64,000 bases of DNA from assembly GCF_009914755.1 (NCBI RefSeq), contig NC_060926.1; one strand, 5' to 3'. A program made the position numbers and the translations under genes. The notes beneath the pieces were generated by a model. The model was not told the origin of the DNA. It searched no databases and worked only from the letters and a program-made list of their open reading frames with translations. This document shows positions 1 through 15,049 of the stretch, piece after piece (the stretch's first letter is position 1; every line of letters begins with the position of its first letter). This DNA comes from the human T2T-CHM13v2.0 reference genome, Homo sapiens.

Positions 1-58
1 CTATTAAAATTCCAGTAAAGATTATTGCTAATTTTCACTTTAAAAAATTAGAATTCTA

Positions 59-372
59 GGCCAGGCGCAGTGGCTCACGCCTGTAATCCCAGCACTTTGG
101 GAGGCCGAGGTGGGCAGATCACAAGGTCAGGAGATCGAGACCATCCTGGCTAACATGGTGAAACTCTGTCTCTACTAAAAATACAAAAACAAAATTAGCC
201 GGGTGTGGTGGTGGGCACCTGTAGTCCCAGCTACTCAGGAGGTTGAGGTGGGAGAATGGCATGAACCCAGGAGGCGGAGCTTGCAGTGAGCCAAGATCAT
301 GCCACTGCGCTCCAGCCTGAGCGACAGAGCGAGACTCTATCTAAAAAATAAAAAAATTTAAAAAATAAAAAT
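59..372 (+). mobile_element. AluY
   Basis: Dimeric Alu with Y-type diagnostics; 17-bp TSD aaaaaattagaattcta at 42-58 and 373-389. Confidence 0.9.
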
Positions 373-429
373 AAAAAATTAGAATTCTAACAGAAAAGAA
401 TGACATAGTTGTGACATAAAAGAGCATTT

Positions 430-572
430 GCCAGGTGCCAGTGGCTCATGTGTGTAATCCCAACACTTTGGGAGGCCGAGGCGGGTGGATCACATAAGGC
501 CAGGAGTTAGAGACCAGCCTGGGCAAGATCTCTTCCCAATTTTTAAAAAATAAATAAAAGAAAAAAAATAAA
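430..572 (+). mobile_element. Free left Alu monomer (FLAM-like)
   Basis: Left arm only, followed by an A-rich tail. Confidence 0.75.
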
Positions 573-619
573 AGGGCCGTTTTATTTTAATCTCTTAACA
601 TACAGCTAGTTGTCAGTCT

Positions 620-1250
620 CTTGCTCATTAAATGCTTACATGGCCCCTTGCCACCTTCGGGGCTGGGTGTCAGGGATACAGATGAGCAAGCACGTTGCAG
701 TCCAAGAGCTGTGGAGGGGAGACAGCGTGTAAACAGATCATGAAAGTGCAATGTCAAAAGCATTCTAAGAAGGTAGTAGGCAAAGAACCCAGCGGGGAGG
801 TGGCGAACCCTCCCCCACGATGACCTAACCGAGGAGGGTACATTCAAGATGAGCCTAGAGAATCTGTATAGTTAGCCAAGTGTGAAGGAAGAAAATCTGG
901 GCAAGGGAGGAAGCATGTGCCAAAGGAGCTCAGCAGGTTCTGAGAAAGGAAGTCTGGTCAGAGTGGGACAGGTGTGGGGCAGAGATGAACGGTGAGGCCA
1001 AGGGACTTTCTCCTGTTGACAGAGAGAGCCGCTGAAGGGCCTCCCACAGGAGCTGGGCACACACAGACCTGCCTCCTAGAAAGTGCCCTGGCAGCAGTGC
1101 AGAATGTGGATCAAGGGAAGAGTGGCCAAAGGCAGAGACAGTCAGCCATCACAAAGCTCCTATATTCATTGAATGAGCTGATGAGGATCTGGGTTAAGGC
1201 AGTGGCAGGAGCAAGGGAAGAGAGGGCAGGGGCTGCTGAAGGAGGAGAAG
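620..1250 (-). mobile_element. LINE-2 fragment
   Basis: Degenerate purine-rich L2 3' motifs (ggaagcatgtgccaaagg, ggtacattcaagatgagcct). Confidence 0.55.
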
Positions 1251-1555
1251 GTTTTCTGCGGCCCATTAACTGAATTACATTTATCATTGCGCGGAGAAAA
1301 ACTTTTCCTCTACCCTCTTAGGTTCAGTACCTGGAGCCTGTGAATTAAACTTTAAAAAAAAAAAAGAGAGAGCGAGATTAATGGGAGAAAAGGCACAGAA
1401 ATTTTGTTAATCTTTATGTGCATGAGGGTTCACAGAAGTGAAACTTGAGCAATTATACTTGGGCTTATATACCATTTTAACAAAAAAAGGGGATTTGGGG
1501 GCTTCAAGGGATGATAAATCATAGGGAAGTAACTAGGAAATATATGGGAAAACTA

Positions 1556-1904
<349 letters not shown>

Positions 1905-2174
1905 TACAATAAGGTCTTTTTAAACAAATTCATCTCAGGGTGGACTCCTCATCTCCAGTGATACGAGTGGCCATTCCTTTCCTATACAGGGGTGGGAAAC
2001 AGAGGGCACCTTCACAAAGGGAAATTCATGCTTTTAGGCAGATAAGGGAGGGCAGAGACTACTTCCTGCCTCTGTTGATTCTCAATTGCCTTCCCTTCAA
2101 AATAATCCTCATGCCAGTGTCAGATGTTGCAGAGGTATATTCTGATCCGCTTCAACCACACGTGTGGTTTTTAG

Positions 2175-2300
2175 TTTAATCTTCCTGAGCCTTACTTTCC
2201 TCACTTCCAAAATGGGATAAAACTTTGCAGATGTACAGTTAAAATAAAATGCAACAATCCATTTAAACTACTCAAGACAACAGTAAGTGCTCAACAAACA
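2175..2300 (+). mobile_element. MIR
   Basis: ctgagccttactttcctcacttccaaaatgggataa...gtaagtgctcaacaaa. Confidence 0.65.
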
Positions 2301-2929
2301 TAAATCATCATCATTTTAAAAATCATGCACCACTGTCCAATCACCCCTAGGGGATAGGGGCAAGCCAAGCTGGCCAGTCCACCCCACATGCGCATGAGGT
2401 CCTGCAGGCGAGGGCACCCAGATGACCAGGAGTAAAGAGAGCCAGAAAATGAGGGGGGAAGTGTCCTTTGGGTGCCAAGGTCAAAGCTAGAAAAGCCAAA
2501 ATCTGTCTTCAAGGTTAGGGGACTAACACAGAGACAGAAATAAGAAACAAGGAAGCTCAGGCAGATTCAGGAACTGAGTAGGACCTAGCCAAGAGCAACG
2601 TGCTGAGAGGGAAGGTCTGGAACATGCTCCTGTAGGCGGGGCTGAAGAACCCAGCCTGGGGTGGCCCCAGTGGGTCGGCTTGATTCCAAAGACAGGAAGG
2701 AACTGAGCAGACACTACTGACCATCACCCACCAGTGAGCTTGGAGACACCTGCCAACAAAAGACTGGAGAACCTTGTTATAAAGACTCTTTCTACTTTCT
2801 GGAAAAAGAGAACATTAAACCTTCCCCCAAACCCCCAAGGTAATAGGGGGAATATTCGGTACTTCTCATTGTTTCCCCCATCTGAAACTGAAGATATGAA
2901 GGAAGAGATCATTGAACAAAACAAGAGCC

Positions 2930-3130
2930 TTTAACAGACGGACTGTGTGCCAAGCCTTTTTCTAAATGTTTTTCCTACATTAATCCTCAAATCCCCACAA
3001 CCCTATGAAGTAGACACTGTCATCATCCCCACTTTGCAGATCAGTAACGTGAGGCTTAGTGATGGTGAGTAACCTGCCCTAAGGCATCCCGCCCTCAGAC
3101 CCCAGGCTGCCTGACATCAAACCACCCCAA
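2930..3130 (-). mobile_element. MIR
   Basis: acaaccctatgaagtag...atccccactttgcagat...gaggcttag core. Confidence 0.7.
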
Positions 3131-3504
3131 CCACTCTGCTTGACTGCCTGTGCTGAGGCGGAGCCTTGGAGGGATAAAAACCTGGACAGAAGGAAGGACC
3201 TCTTCCTCTGAGGGCGGAGGGAAAGTGGGCAAGGTCAAGTCTGGCATTGGAAAAGGAAGTCAGTTGAGGTCTGGTTTCTATGAAAGAGTTGACAGAGGAG
3301 TGATCGTGGTGAACACTAAGGCTGAGGATTTCCTGGAAGGGGCTGGGGCCCTGAGAGGCTGGGAGAAGGAGCAGGGAGGGGTGCTGCCGTAATCAAGAAA
3401 GGGCTGCCCAGGATGGGTGCTGCTTATGAAGTCAGGGGGCCCCGGAGGAGGGGCGGGGGGGCATTGACAAGGTCCAGTCCCAGAGCTCTGGCCTTTTTTA
3501 AAAG

Positions 3505-4255
<751 letters not shown>

Positions 4256-4339
4256 TTTTAATTGCCCACTTTGGGGGTCTGATAAGTATTTGGGGGCTCC
4301 ATTCTAATGTCTGTCTGTAGAGAAGGTGTGTGCTGGAAG

Positions 4340-4500
4340 CTTGCTGTTTATAATGTGGCCCCAGTTCAGCAGCATCAGCACCACGTGGGAGCTCACTGGA
4401 AATGCAGAACATCAGCCCCACTGGATCTTCTGAATCAGAATCCGCATTTTAACAAGCTCCCCAGGTGATCCGTGTGCACATCAGAGGGGGAGAAGCATGT
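4340..4500. mobile_element. MER5A hAT-Charlie DNA transposon
   Basis: cagcagcatcagcaccacgtgggagct...gaatcagaatccgcattttaacaagctccccaggtgat. Confidence 0.75.
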
Positions 4501-4794
4501 GCTAGAAGGCAAGGTACCCACCCCCAAAGCTGCTGCTCAGCCCTCAAAGTCTAAAAAGGCTAGAGCTCCACAGTCTCATTGCCAGGATTCTCATCAAGAT
4601 GTGAATCTCTGGAGAAAGAAATAAGTGTCCAAGCCTGGCTCAAAATCCAGCTATAGTCTATATATCAAATTCCAGATGAGAGATGACATGGGACAATTCC
4701 TTAACATTCTCTGAAAGGGACAGGAAGCTGATCTGAGGGTGTAGCTTTTGCAGGAGGTGTTCCTGCTGCATATTCTGCAGGCTCTGGTTAGTGT

Positions 4795-5470
4795 TCCCAC
4801 CAACACTCGGTCATCACTGAGCACCTACTATGCATCAGGTGCTCTCCTAGCTGCTAGGGATACCACAGCAAACAAATCAGGCAAAAATCCCTGCCTCCAA
4901 GAAGCTTATACTCTAATGGGGAAAGAAAACAAATTAAGTAAAAATATACAGGATGTTAGCTGGTGTCAGTACTATGGAGGAATGTAAAGCAGGAAGGGAT
5001 ATAGACACTATCAGTGGTAGTTTGCACTTTTAATAGTGGAGCCCAGGTAGGCTTCCTTGAGAAGGTGACATTGAGTCAAGACCCAAAGGAAGTGAGGGAG
5101 CAAGCTAGACAGCGGGGAGTGTTGCAGGCAGAGTAAACAGCCAGTGCAAGAGCCCTGGGGCAGAAGTGTGCCTGGTTTGCATGAGTTTCAATGAGGCCTG
5201 TGTGGCTGGAGAGGAATAAACAAGAGGAATAGGAGAGGAGCTCAGAGACAGCACAGGGCCAGATCTGCTGGGCCTCGTAGACCATCATAGGAATTTTTGC
5301 TTTTACTGTGAGTGAGATGCCAGGAAGAGTTGGATTCTGGACATCGTGTAGATAGAGCCAAGAGGATTTCCTGGCCAGTTGAATGTGGGATGACTCCAGG
5401 GTTCTTGGCCTGAGTAACTGAAAAGCTGGAGTTGCCATCATCTGAAACAGGGAAGACCCGGAGCAGAGCA
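4795..5470 (-). mobile_element. LINE-2 3' region
   Basis: ctgagcacctactatgcatcagg...gaaggtgacattgag...ggatgactccagggttcttggcctgagtaactg. Confidence 0.8.
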
Positions 5471-5784
5471 GGCCAAACAAAATCCAGAGCAATAGAGAAT
5501 GTTGCAAAGCACTCAAGGAAAAACATTTGTCATACTGTTATTTCATATGTTCCAGGAGCAACTGGGTTTTAGTTATAGTTGGAAAAGATAGTTAGGTGTT
5601 CCCTCCTCCCCTACTCAAAAGGATAAACTAACCTGTCAGATTACCAAGTCCAAGCCAAATGGCAATAGTGACCTGGCACCAAGTACATCTGAGCTCTTAC
5701 CTGGCCCTGAACACGGCCCAACAGATACAATCCAGCCAACCGTGGTGGAGGCTACAGGCCAGGTCTCACCATGAAGTCAGTTAG

Positions 5785-6189
<405 letters not shown>

Positions 6190-7679
6190 TAGCGGCGAAG
6201 AGCCTTTCTCTGCTTATAGGGTCACCAGCATGGGCAGGGGACCTGCCCAGGGCACAACGCAGCCAGGCTCAAAGAGCTGTTGGAGACCTTGCTGGGTCAA
6301 CCTGAGACCCTTGTAACTAACCTTTGTGAAAATCGACAAAAATATGACAGGACCACCCGAATGCAAAAGCTGGTCATCTTCTTTTTAAAAATGCATGAAT
6401 GTATACTCAGTTGTCTGAAGAGTAGTTGGCTGTATCCTATACTTGCAGTGCTGGGATCCTCAAGAAGCATCGGTTTCATGATTTTACAGGTCATGAAAAA
6501 GAGTCTACAGATCAGCTGGAGGTACACAGCTGGTTAGCAGCAGAGCCTAGACAAAGACCCTGCCCTCCGATCCCATCACAGTGGTGCCTCCAATACATGA
6601 AGTGCAGCTCTCTGTGGTGCAGAAGTGTGCCAAGAAGTGGCCATGCCAAACTGTTCTTATAAAGACAGCTCTGAAACCTCTTAAAAACAGGGAGAGTTGA
6701 AATTGTATGCGAACAAGATTTGTATGGCTCTCTCTGGAAACATCCGAAGATCCTAATTCTTTTGATCCGTGAGACTTTGGGATAGCATCTTCCTCAGAAC
6801 GTGATCTCGAGCAGCCACATGTCACAGCACTTCCCCCAGGTGCTGCTGAAATGTTTGTGCCATGATGCAAGAAGGGTCAGGAAACTTCCCATTATTATAT
6901 TTGCTATTATTTTTTGTAATAACCTTAGAATATATCAACGTTGGTGACCACTACTTTCCAGCACTTCAACCCCCTGGCAATCTTTCTTGTTTCTTGGAGA
7001 GCTTGGCAGAGTCATCTTGGAACAGAGAATGTACACTTCAGTGCTAAAGGAAAGATGCTCTATGTGGCAGGCAAAGAGCCCAGAGGACATTCTATGTTGG
7101 AAGAAGGAGAACATCCTCTCACTCAGCATCCACCTTACGGTGACTGGACCCCATCAGGAGTACTCAGGTTTAGGAAGGAAGGTGGCAACTTTACTCTGTT
7201 AGACTGTGGCTGGTTTCCTTGTAGCAAGGTTTTAACGTTGTTCTGAAGCTCTGAAATATTTGTATTGTCTCTCAACAATCTTTCCTTCCTCACTTCTAGC
7301 TCCATTTTTTAAGTCTTCTAGAGCCAGTTTTTTAAAATGATCTTAAGAATTAGATGTGTATGAACTTGGCATGAAGAACTTGCTCAATAAGTGTGCATTG
7401 GATGAATTACTGTAGTTAAAGTTTTAAAAGCCATATGACACTGAATGCTATGGAGGAATTTTTTAAGTAGTAAGAACAATAGTAATGGGTTCATTCAGCA
7501 AAATAAACCAGGACATATTTGTTAAGCAGTTATCTTTCTCAAAAAATAGACTCATTGAGACTAAATTCAGCAGGTACCATCAATGTATTAACATCAGAAT
7601 GGCGTCATGTGATATGTAGAGTATTTGCTTAATAATCCACAGGACAACCCAAAACAAATAAAATGGTAAAGTGTTCTAA

Positions 7680-8021
<342 letters not shown>

Positions 8022-10914
8022 TAAATACATTGAAATGACAAAAGCATTTGGAACACTGAAAAAGCCTTCTATCTAGAAATATGCAGCCATAAATTAGATG
8101 AGTTTAATACTTTGTGCCACTGTGCACTCTTGTGGGATTTTGATTGTATGCAGAGTACTTAATTTCTTTGGAAGAGATGCTTAAATGAAAGTTTCATCTC
8201 CACTCTTATATTTCAGCTCTCCTCTACCTGTTTTTGTGTGTGGTTGGTAGGGGGTTACACAAAGTACTATGTCTGACTTCACATGGATACGCAATCAATA
8301 TTAATCCCGAATAGCTTAAACAATATGTTCTTCATAAAAAACAGGCCTTCATTGCTTTTCATACTGTGAGTAAGCAGTCACACACACACAAAAGACAAAT
8401 ACTCTGACACCCTACAAATTAACTCTGTCAGTTTCCAGAGTATTCACCAAAACAATACTGTAGGAATTACGCCGGCCTGGATTCCAGCCCCTTTAACACA
8501 CAACTGATTTGTCCCACCTGGCAAAGGGCCAGTTTCATGCCAGACAATGAACTTCTAGGAAGACTGTGCTGTACTTATAAGTACACACATTTCTGGTGCT
8601 TCTCTACCCCTCTATCTCTTCTGTATTGTCAGGGGTCGTGCTAAACTGTTCTTTAATAAGTCACCCCTTCAGCACTGCCCGTGGCCAGTGCTGCGTGGCC
8701 CGTGAAGCCTCACCAGTGCTTAACTGGGGCACATGGCGAACTCCCCATCTCAGCCCTCTTGCAGTTGGGTAGGGCATGGGGCTAGTCCTACCCAATGAGC
8801 CTCAAGGAAAAGGGAGTGCCATTGATGGGATAAAGCTCAGAAAAGTCCATGTGGGCTCCTCCAGGGCGATGGGGAGGCAACACACCCCAGACAGTGCAGC
8901 TACAAGATAATGGGGCCTCAGTTATCGTGGGGGTCTCTGTCCAGGACTGTGTGGAGCACAGCCCCCTGCCAGCTTCAGTGGAACAGGCAGCAGAGCTAGG
9001 AGTGAAGGCAGCTGTAGGGCTGTTTGTTTCTACAGTATTCTGACGAATGCGATGAGTTGGCGTTGCTCCTGGACCAGGTATTTCCCCTGTAAAGGTTCTG
9101 CCCACTCTCCAGCAAGCCTACTTTCCCGCCCTGGAGCAGGTCACACAAATTTAGTTGCACAGATCCAGGATTCCCCAGGAGGTGCCTTCAACCTCCAGAA
9201 ACTCCACCTTCCTCTAGCCCCGCCTCAGCGCTCCTCTCCTCTTTCCAAACACATTGGTGGGCATTCTTGGAAGACAATTGCTGGTAATCTCTGTGCAGCC
9301 AGGATTCACTTCCAGGACCCGCCTCCCAGAAAGCCCAGGCCCAGACACCAGCTCCCGCAGGAAGTTCTCCTGCCCTCAGCTGTCCCCCTGGCTCCTTTCC
9401 AGCCCCTCACTGAATTCAGTTCACTGCCAGCTTTTCTGAATAGCCCACGAAAACTTGCCTCCCTACCTATCAGAGATGCCACCTTCTCCCTCTGTTCATA
9501 AGTAAAGACTCATGTTTCTGCATTTTTCTCTTCCCCGTCTGGTAGAAAGAATCAGCCACTTTCCACTGGGATCCAGAAGCTGAAATCTGAAATTCAGCCC
9601 TGAGGTTACAAAGGACGATCTCACAGATTGTCTCATCTGTTCCAACTCGGGCAATTTCTGCACAGATGCTTTCAGCTAAAATGCTTCCATGCTCCACTTC
9701 TGATTTTCCAGAATTTCCTTGTCTGTTAGTTTAAGCCTACCCCCTCCTGTTATTTTTAGATTTGATTTTACTCCTTGTAAAAGGCCAGGGGTGGGGAGTT
9801 TTTGTGGGGATGGAAGAAAAGAATTGTTTTTGTCTTTTTAATTACAAGCAGCTGACAAAGACAACTCAGTCGTGGAAAATGGTTGAGTCGAACGGCCTCT
9901 AGCTCCCACTGCTGCATCTCCTCCATCAGCCGCAACTGAGCAGAGCAGCAACAAAGCTAATCAAGTGTCCTCTGCCTTTTCCAGAAGATACACGTTATCT
10001 GAGATATCTACAGGGATTCCAACAGAATTGGAATCCTTCCCTTTCCATTCATCCTCATAGGTCAGTTGTTTTGTAAAGCCAGAAGGGAACGTCCATGACT
10101 ATCTTCATATTAGCAGGGAGGGGTCCGGCACCAAGGGAGGTTAAGGGAGTGACTGAGATGGTCCAGCCTATTGAAGTCTCTAGTGCCCCCTTCCAAATAC
10201 TGAGCCTGTCTTTTGAATCCACACTTCTCAGCTGACCTAATATTTAAAACAGACAACAGTTCCTTCAAGCGAGGAACCTCTTCCTTGTATGGTCTATTTC
10301 CCAAGTCCTAACGAACCAGAGCAGCGTTGCATGTGCAGATAAACAGTCAGAGGACCACTGGGCTTTCACTCATCCTCCCATACCATCTTGCTGTTGTTCA
10401 CCTTCTTTCCAAACACTTTCTGCTTGTTTTTCTCTCTCTCAACCAAATGTAGCCCTGTGCATACTTTATGAGCTTGGACAGTTTATTTACATGCCTTTTT
10501 GTTAACTCTAAGACAGTATAATTCCAGATTTTCTTACAAGACTTCATTTAGTTTCAGTCTTCAAAGTCATATTATTAAATATGCTTACAATTAGAGTGTT
10601 CTGCAAGTACATATAATAATTCAAAAGTCCCGTCTCTGCTCTCAGGTAATTCACACTCTGAATGGAACACAGCATTTGTTGTGGCACTAGCATGGAATAC
10701 AGTTTTATATTGTCAAACTCTTGCCTTTCTTCCTTGTTCCCCCAAATGTAAGAAGGTCATGGGGTGGAAGTGACCAAATGAATTGATTACAAATTGTCAG
10801 TGGAACTAAGCCAGGGAAGTCCTGATGATGATAAACTCAATGCACGTCATATGGCAGACAGAAAAAAACATGTGATCTGGAAACTCTGTCCTGCTCACCA
10901 GCAAAATTAGGACA

Positions 10915-11340
10915 CTTGATTGTAAAAAACAGAAACTCAACCTAAGCTAGTTGCTTGAGCAAAAAGGGAAACTTATTAGAAGGCTCACATACCCATCTGG
11001 AAGGAGGAGGTGCCACTGGACATCAGAGACGGGATCAGAGACTCGCAAGCCCCAGCATGCATCATGCTCACATGCTCACATGCACTCTCTCTCTCTCCCT
11101 CTCTCTCTCTTTCTCTGTCTCTCTGTCTCTCTCTCCTCCCCTCTGCATTTCTCTGTGATTTAGTTTTATTTCTACCAGACTGGCTTTGCCTATGTAGTGA
11201 AACTATGAGCCAGTCTTCATTCCCCAGCTTAACCATCAGGGTAGGATTAACCCTTTTTCTGCAGTTTCAGTTGCAATTCCCCTGAGAAATGATTCGGTTG
11301 GACTGACAAGAGTCAGGTGCCTATGCCCACTCCTGGGTAT
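10915..11340. mobile_element. Old MaLR LTR (MLT1K/L-like) containing a (CT)n tract at ~11085-11140
   Basis: aacagaaactcaacctaagctag...agcaaaaagggaaacttattagaagg; tgattcggttggactgacaagagtcaggtgcc. Confidence 0.5.
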
Positions 11341-11409
11341 TGAGGGCCTTGCTCAGATGAGGGGAGATCATTGAGCCCCACAGTCACTTCAGTTTACATC
11401 CACCCCAAT

Positions 11410-11610
11410 ATGTGGCAATGGGCAAGTTCCTTCACTCCTCTGAGCCTTGGTTTCTCCATTGTAAAATGAAAAAGTGAGTGAAATGAAAAAGTGAGTGAGT
11501 AGGGACAAAAATAATACCTTCTTCAAAGAGCTGTTGATCATTTTACATAGATAACTAATGTCAAAGCCTTGGGCTGGATTGGTATATGAAGCATCAATAA
11601 ATGTTCATTT
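11410..11610 (+). mobile_element. MIR
   Basis: gggcaagttccttcactcctctgagccttggtttctccattgtaaaatg; carries a 17-bp tandem duplication aaatgaaaaagtgagtg. Confidence 0.7.
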
Positions 11611-13894
11611 TTCTTCCAAGGTGAATCTTAAAGTCAAGGAAGAAGTCAGCACGTTAAAATGGAGAGGAAAATTATTTGAAGCACAGGGAACGGAATGGGA
11701 AATGCGATACAATTCCGAGTAAGAGGCACTACAGGAGTTGTTAAATGGAAGGTAATTGAGCCTTAAGTCACTCCCACCCATAAATCATCCACAAGATCTG
11801 TGTTCTAGGAAAAGGGGCACTAGCATTAGCTATTGGGAACATGGAATGTCAAGTTGACCAATTAATCTGTGGCTTATAAGACATTCTTTGCTATTGAGGG
11901 GAAGATTATTTCAGTCAAGTAGCATTTTAGGGCCAACATAAAAAAGAATTGTAAAAGATATGGATTTTGATGAACTCTGAGGAGCAAAAGCTGCATTTGC
12001 TCATATTCCCTTTATAACTTTTTGGAGTCAGTCCAATGAGCATACCCAGCTGCGCAGTCAGATAACTTGAATTTACTACTAGTTCTACAAAAATATTCCC
12101 TATGTTGTCTTCCCTCATACATTTTATCCTTAAGTTTTATGAAAGGAAAAATAGACTTCATATTATGCATTTCTTAGGTAAGAATACTACACTGGTGGAG
12201 TATTAAAATCAGTGGATTATAAAATTTGCAGTTTCTCCACAGCTTTGCAAGTTTAGTGCATCTACGTTTTGGCCTTTCTGCATTTGAATCAATTTGACTC
12301 ACACCAACATCTGTTCTTGATAAAATAACATGAAATGTAATATCTTAATGGTGGCACAGAATCAAACTCCACTGCCCTCTTGTTTCACATCCCTTTCTTT
12401 GGTATTCCCCACATCATCTTCTCCTCCAGTTTGTAACTGAGTGTGACATCTAACAACTCACTAGAATTCACCTGCCCCAGCCTTTCATTTCCCTGGGCAC
12501 TCGTGGGCTACTGAGGACAACGGCCACTGCTTCATCAGTGTGGGGTGTAGAGTCTTATCCAGTTGTCTCACCACTTTGTCAACTTCATTCCCCTCCTTGA
12601 GCTTTGGCTTGACCCAGACCTACTGTTTCAAAGAAGTCTTCTCTTACTATTCCAGTGCACAGTCACATTCTTATCTAACACTTACTTAGAGCACCAGTAC
12701 TTTGATCTTAATCAAAGGCTGCCTGGTATTGCAATTTAATTTTTGCATGCCTATGTCTGGGACCTTTCTGTGGTCAGCAGTACCCAACACAATGCCTAGC
12801 ACAATGCCAAGGCACAGCAGAGGCTCCATAAATACGTGATGCATGAATGCATACATGAACAGAATGCTTTCTACATGGGTTGGCATTTCTAGTCTTCAGG
12901 AATTGAGGTGTATGTCAGACCTGAGTCTAAAGACAGCAGATTTTGGCTCAACTCTGTTGGTTCTTCCTATAACAAATTGTCTCTTGGATCTGGAGAAGCT
13001 AAGATCAGCATATGGAGATAGAAAGAAACCCCATGTAGAGATGGCATGGAGTTATGGCCAGGCATAGGGTGGGGACAGAGAAAGGAGATGAGCCAGCATC
13101 CCAAATCCTGCTCCAGGAAGCCAGTGACCAGCATTCTGTCCCTGGTCAATCACTAAAAAGCAGGTTCTGTAATACAGTGAAAGTCATCTAAATTCCCAAG
13201 CCCAAGAAAATTCATAGACATCTACCAATGTGTATACAGATTCCCACCTCTCCATCAGCAGAACATTTCCTGCAGGGGTTAGAAAGCATCTATTTGAAGG
13301 TCTAAGAAACAGACCTATTTTCAGCCTAGCACAAGACTTCCCAACCCAGGAGAAAAATCACCTGCAGGCCTGAGGGCTGCTGGAATAATCAGAGCAATGT
13401 GGCCAGGGCCATCAAGACCACTGGCAGGTGACCCTCAGAATTAGGGACCAGCTATCCCCTCTCCCTTGACACATTGGACACCTAAGCATTCCCTATTCCA
13501 GAAACCAGCTTGACTAGAAGAAGGTGGAAGAGGGAGAAACTCCCAAAGATTGAATATTGACCAATAAGTGCCTGAGCTAACTGCTTTAAACCAGAAAATA
13601 TTGAGGTATATGTCTTTAGCTTTCAAATATAAATTCTTCCCCAGCCTCCAAACCATTTGTTGAATAGGGTTCAAAAATAAGTTGAGATCAATTACATTCT
13701 GTTTTTTTAAAGGCCTACAATACTGGCCAATATTCAGCAAGAGATTTATTGCTTTGCCTAACTCATTTCATGCCATCCACTGGAAGACCCAATAGTAATG
13801 TCTAGAGCTTGAGTTTGGGATGAAAAGAAGGGAAAGTCCTATGATATGAGGAAAGAACACTTGCAGCATTGCTCTACTAATATATTCACTTTAG

Positions 13895-14906
13895 CCTTTT
13901 GTTTTTCTCTGCTTCGTCAATACGTTTATTGTCTTATCTGAAAAATCCTCATAGAAAATTGTTAAGTTTAGCACTCAGCAGATCTCAGAGCTCCTGAGCT
14001 CTAAGGAAGCCTGCCTGCTTTTGAGCTACCTGATCATTCTTCTGGGCAGGGGACAGTCTGGGGGACAGGTCCCACCTCTTCTTTTTAGCCTCTTTCTTGG
14101 GCTTCTCAGAGAGTGAAGTCTCTCCTACAGCAGCATGAGCTCCTCCACCAAGTCTGGAGTTATGCAGTTCTTTATGTATTGTGAGAACCGTTTCCTGTAA
14201 GGATCTTCATCTTCTATTAGGTGATGCCTATAATCTGCAACATTCTGTCCTGTGATGTGCTTCTAATGCACTTGTGCATTAAATTCCTTGCTTTCAGAAT
14301 CATATCCAGGGAATTGTTTGGTACTTTGTGGGATAGACAAGCCTCCATCCACAGCTTCCATGGCCCCAAAAACTTTACTGTCAGTGGTGGTTCTGGCAAG
14401 GCCTGCATCCAAATAGTAGGTGAAGGCATCAGGCTGACCATCAATGCTCTCCACATCGTATTCATCTCCAGTCACCTCCTCTTGGCCTTCCTAGATGGCG
14501 TCCATGCCAAACGTGTGGAGAAGCCTGCAGGCCAGGACGACGTGCTGAAGCATAATTTGTCAGGCCAGGCTTCACACCATATTTTGGTACTTTGTGTGCA
14601 TAAGGTGCACGGACATTCATATCCCCTTGCATACAGGCATAAGCAATCTGACAAATAATAACTCTGTTAGGAGTTACGTGAACTATCATCCTGGATTTGG
14701 ACGTGTACTTATTTTCATCCTGTATTACCAAGCGTTTCCAAGCATAGTAATCAGTTTTACCCCCTCATCTACTAAATTTCACTTGGTATCGTTTAAAGTA
14801 GGCCTATTCCTGACAACTGTACCAAATGCCATCCTGAGGAACAGAGACCTATGTCTGAAGCTCGACACAGACCTGCGGGCCCAATATCACTAGGGGTGTT
14901 GTGGGG
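13895..14906 (-). pseudogene. RPL5P7: Processed pseudogene of ribosomal protein L5 (uL18); pseudogene number recalled, not verified
   Basis: Intronless copy: 5' UTR (...ggtctctgttcctcaggATG, ATG at 14832-14830), RPL5 peptides ([70 protein letters not shown]), stop at 13970-13968, AATAAA at 13930-13925, decayed A tail. Early 1-nt frameshift, internal stops and a ~13-nt deletion near 14140. Confidence 0.95.
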
Positions 14907-15049
14907 AGCTTTTTTTCCTTTGAATTACCATCTAAACCACTGTCAACTCTAAATACGAACATTTGTTTTTCTAACCTAGGCTTGTGTGTCTGGTTCCTCA
15001 CTTGGTATTGTTTTAAGGTATTGGTTCCAGGCCCCCTGACAATAAGAAC

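Noticed and set aside
3435-3461. G-rich tract with a GC-box and possible G-quadruplex
   Set aside because: Short, no CpG island, and fewer than four clean G3 runs.
9052-9501. 149-aa Pro/Ser-rich ORF
   Set aside because: No recognisable domain or splice structure; expected by chance in C-rich DNA.
14221-14658. 145-aa plus-strand ORF
   Set aside because: Antisense shadow of the RPL5 pseudogene; no independent coding evidence.
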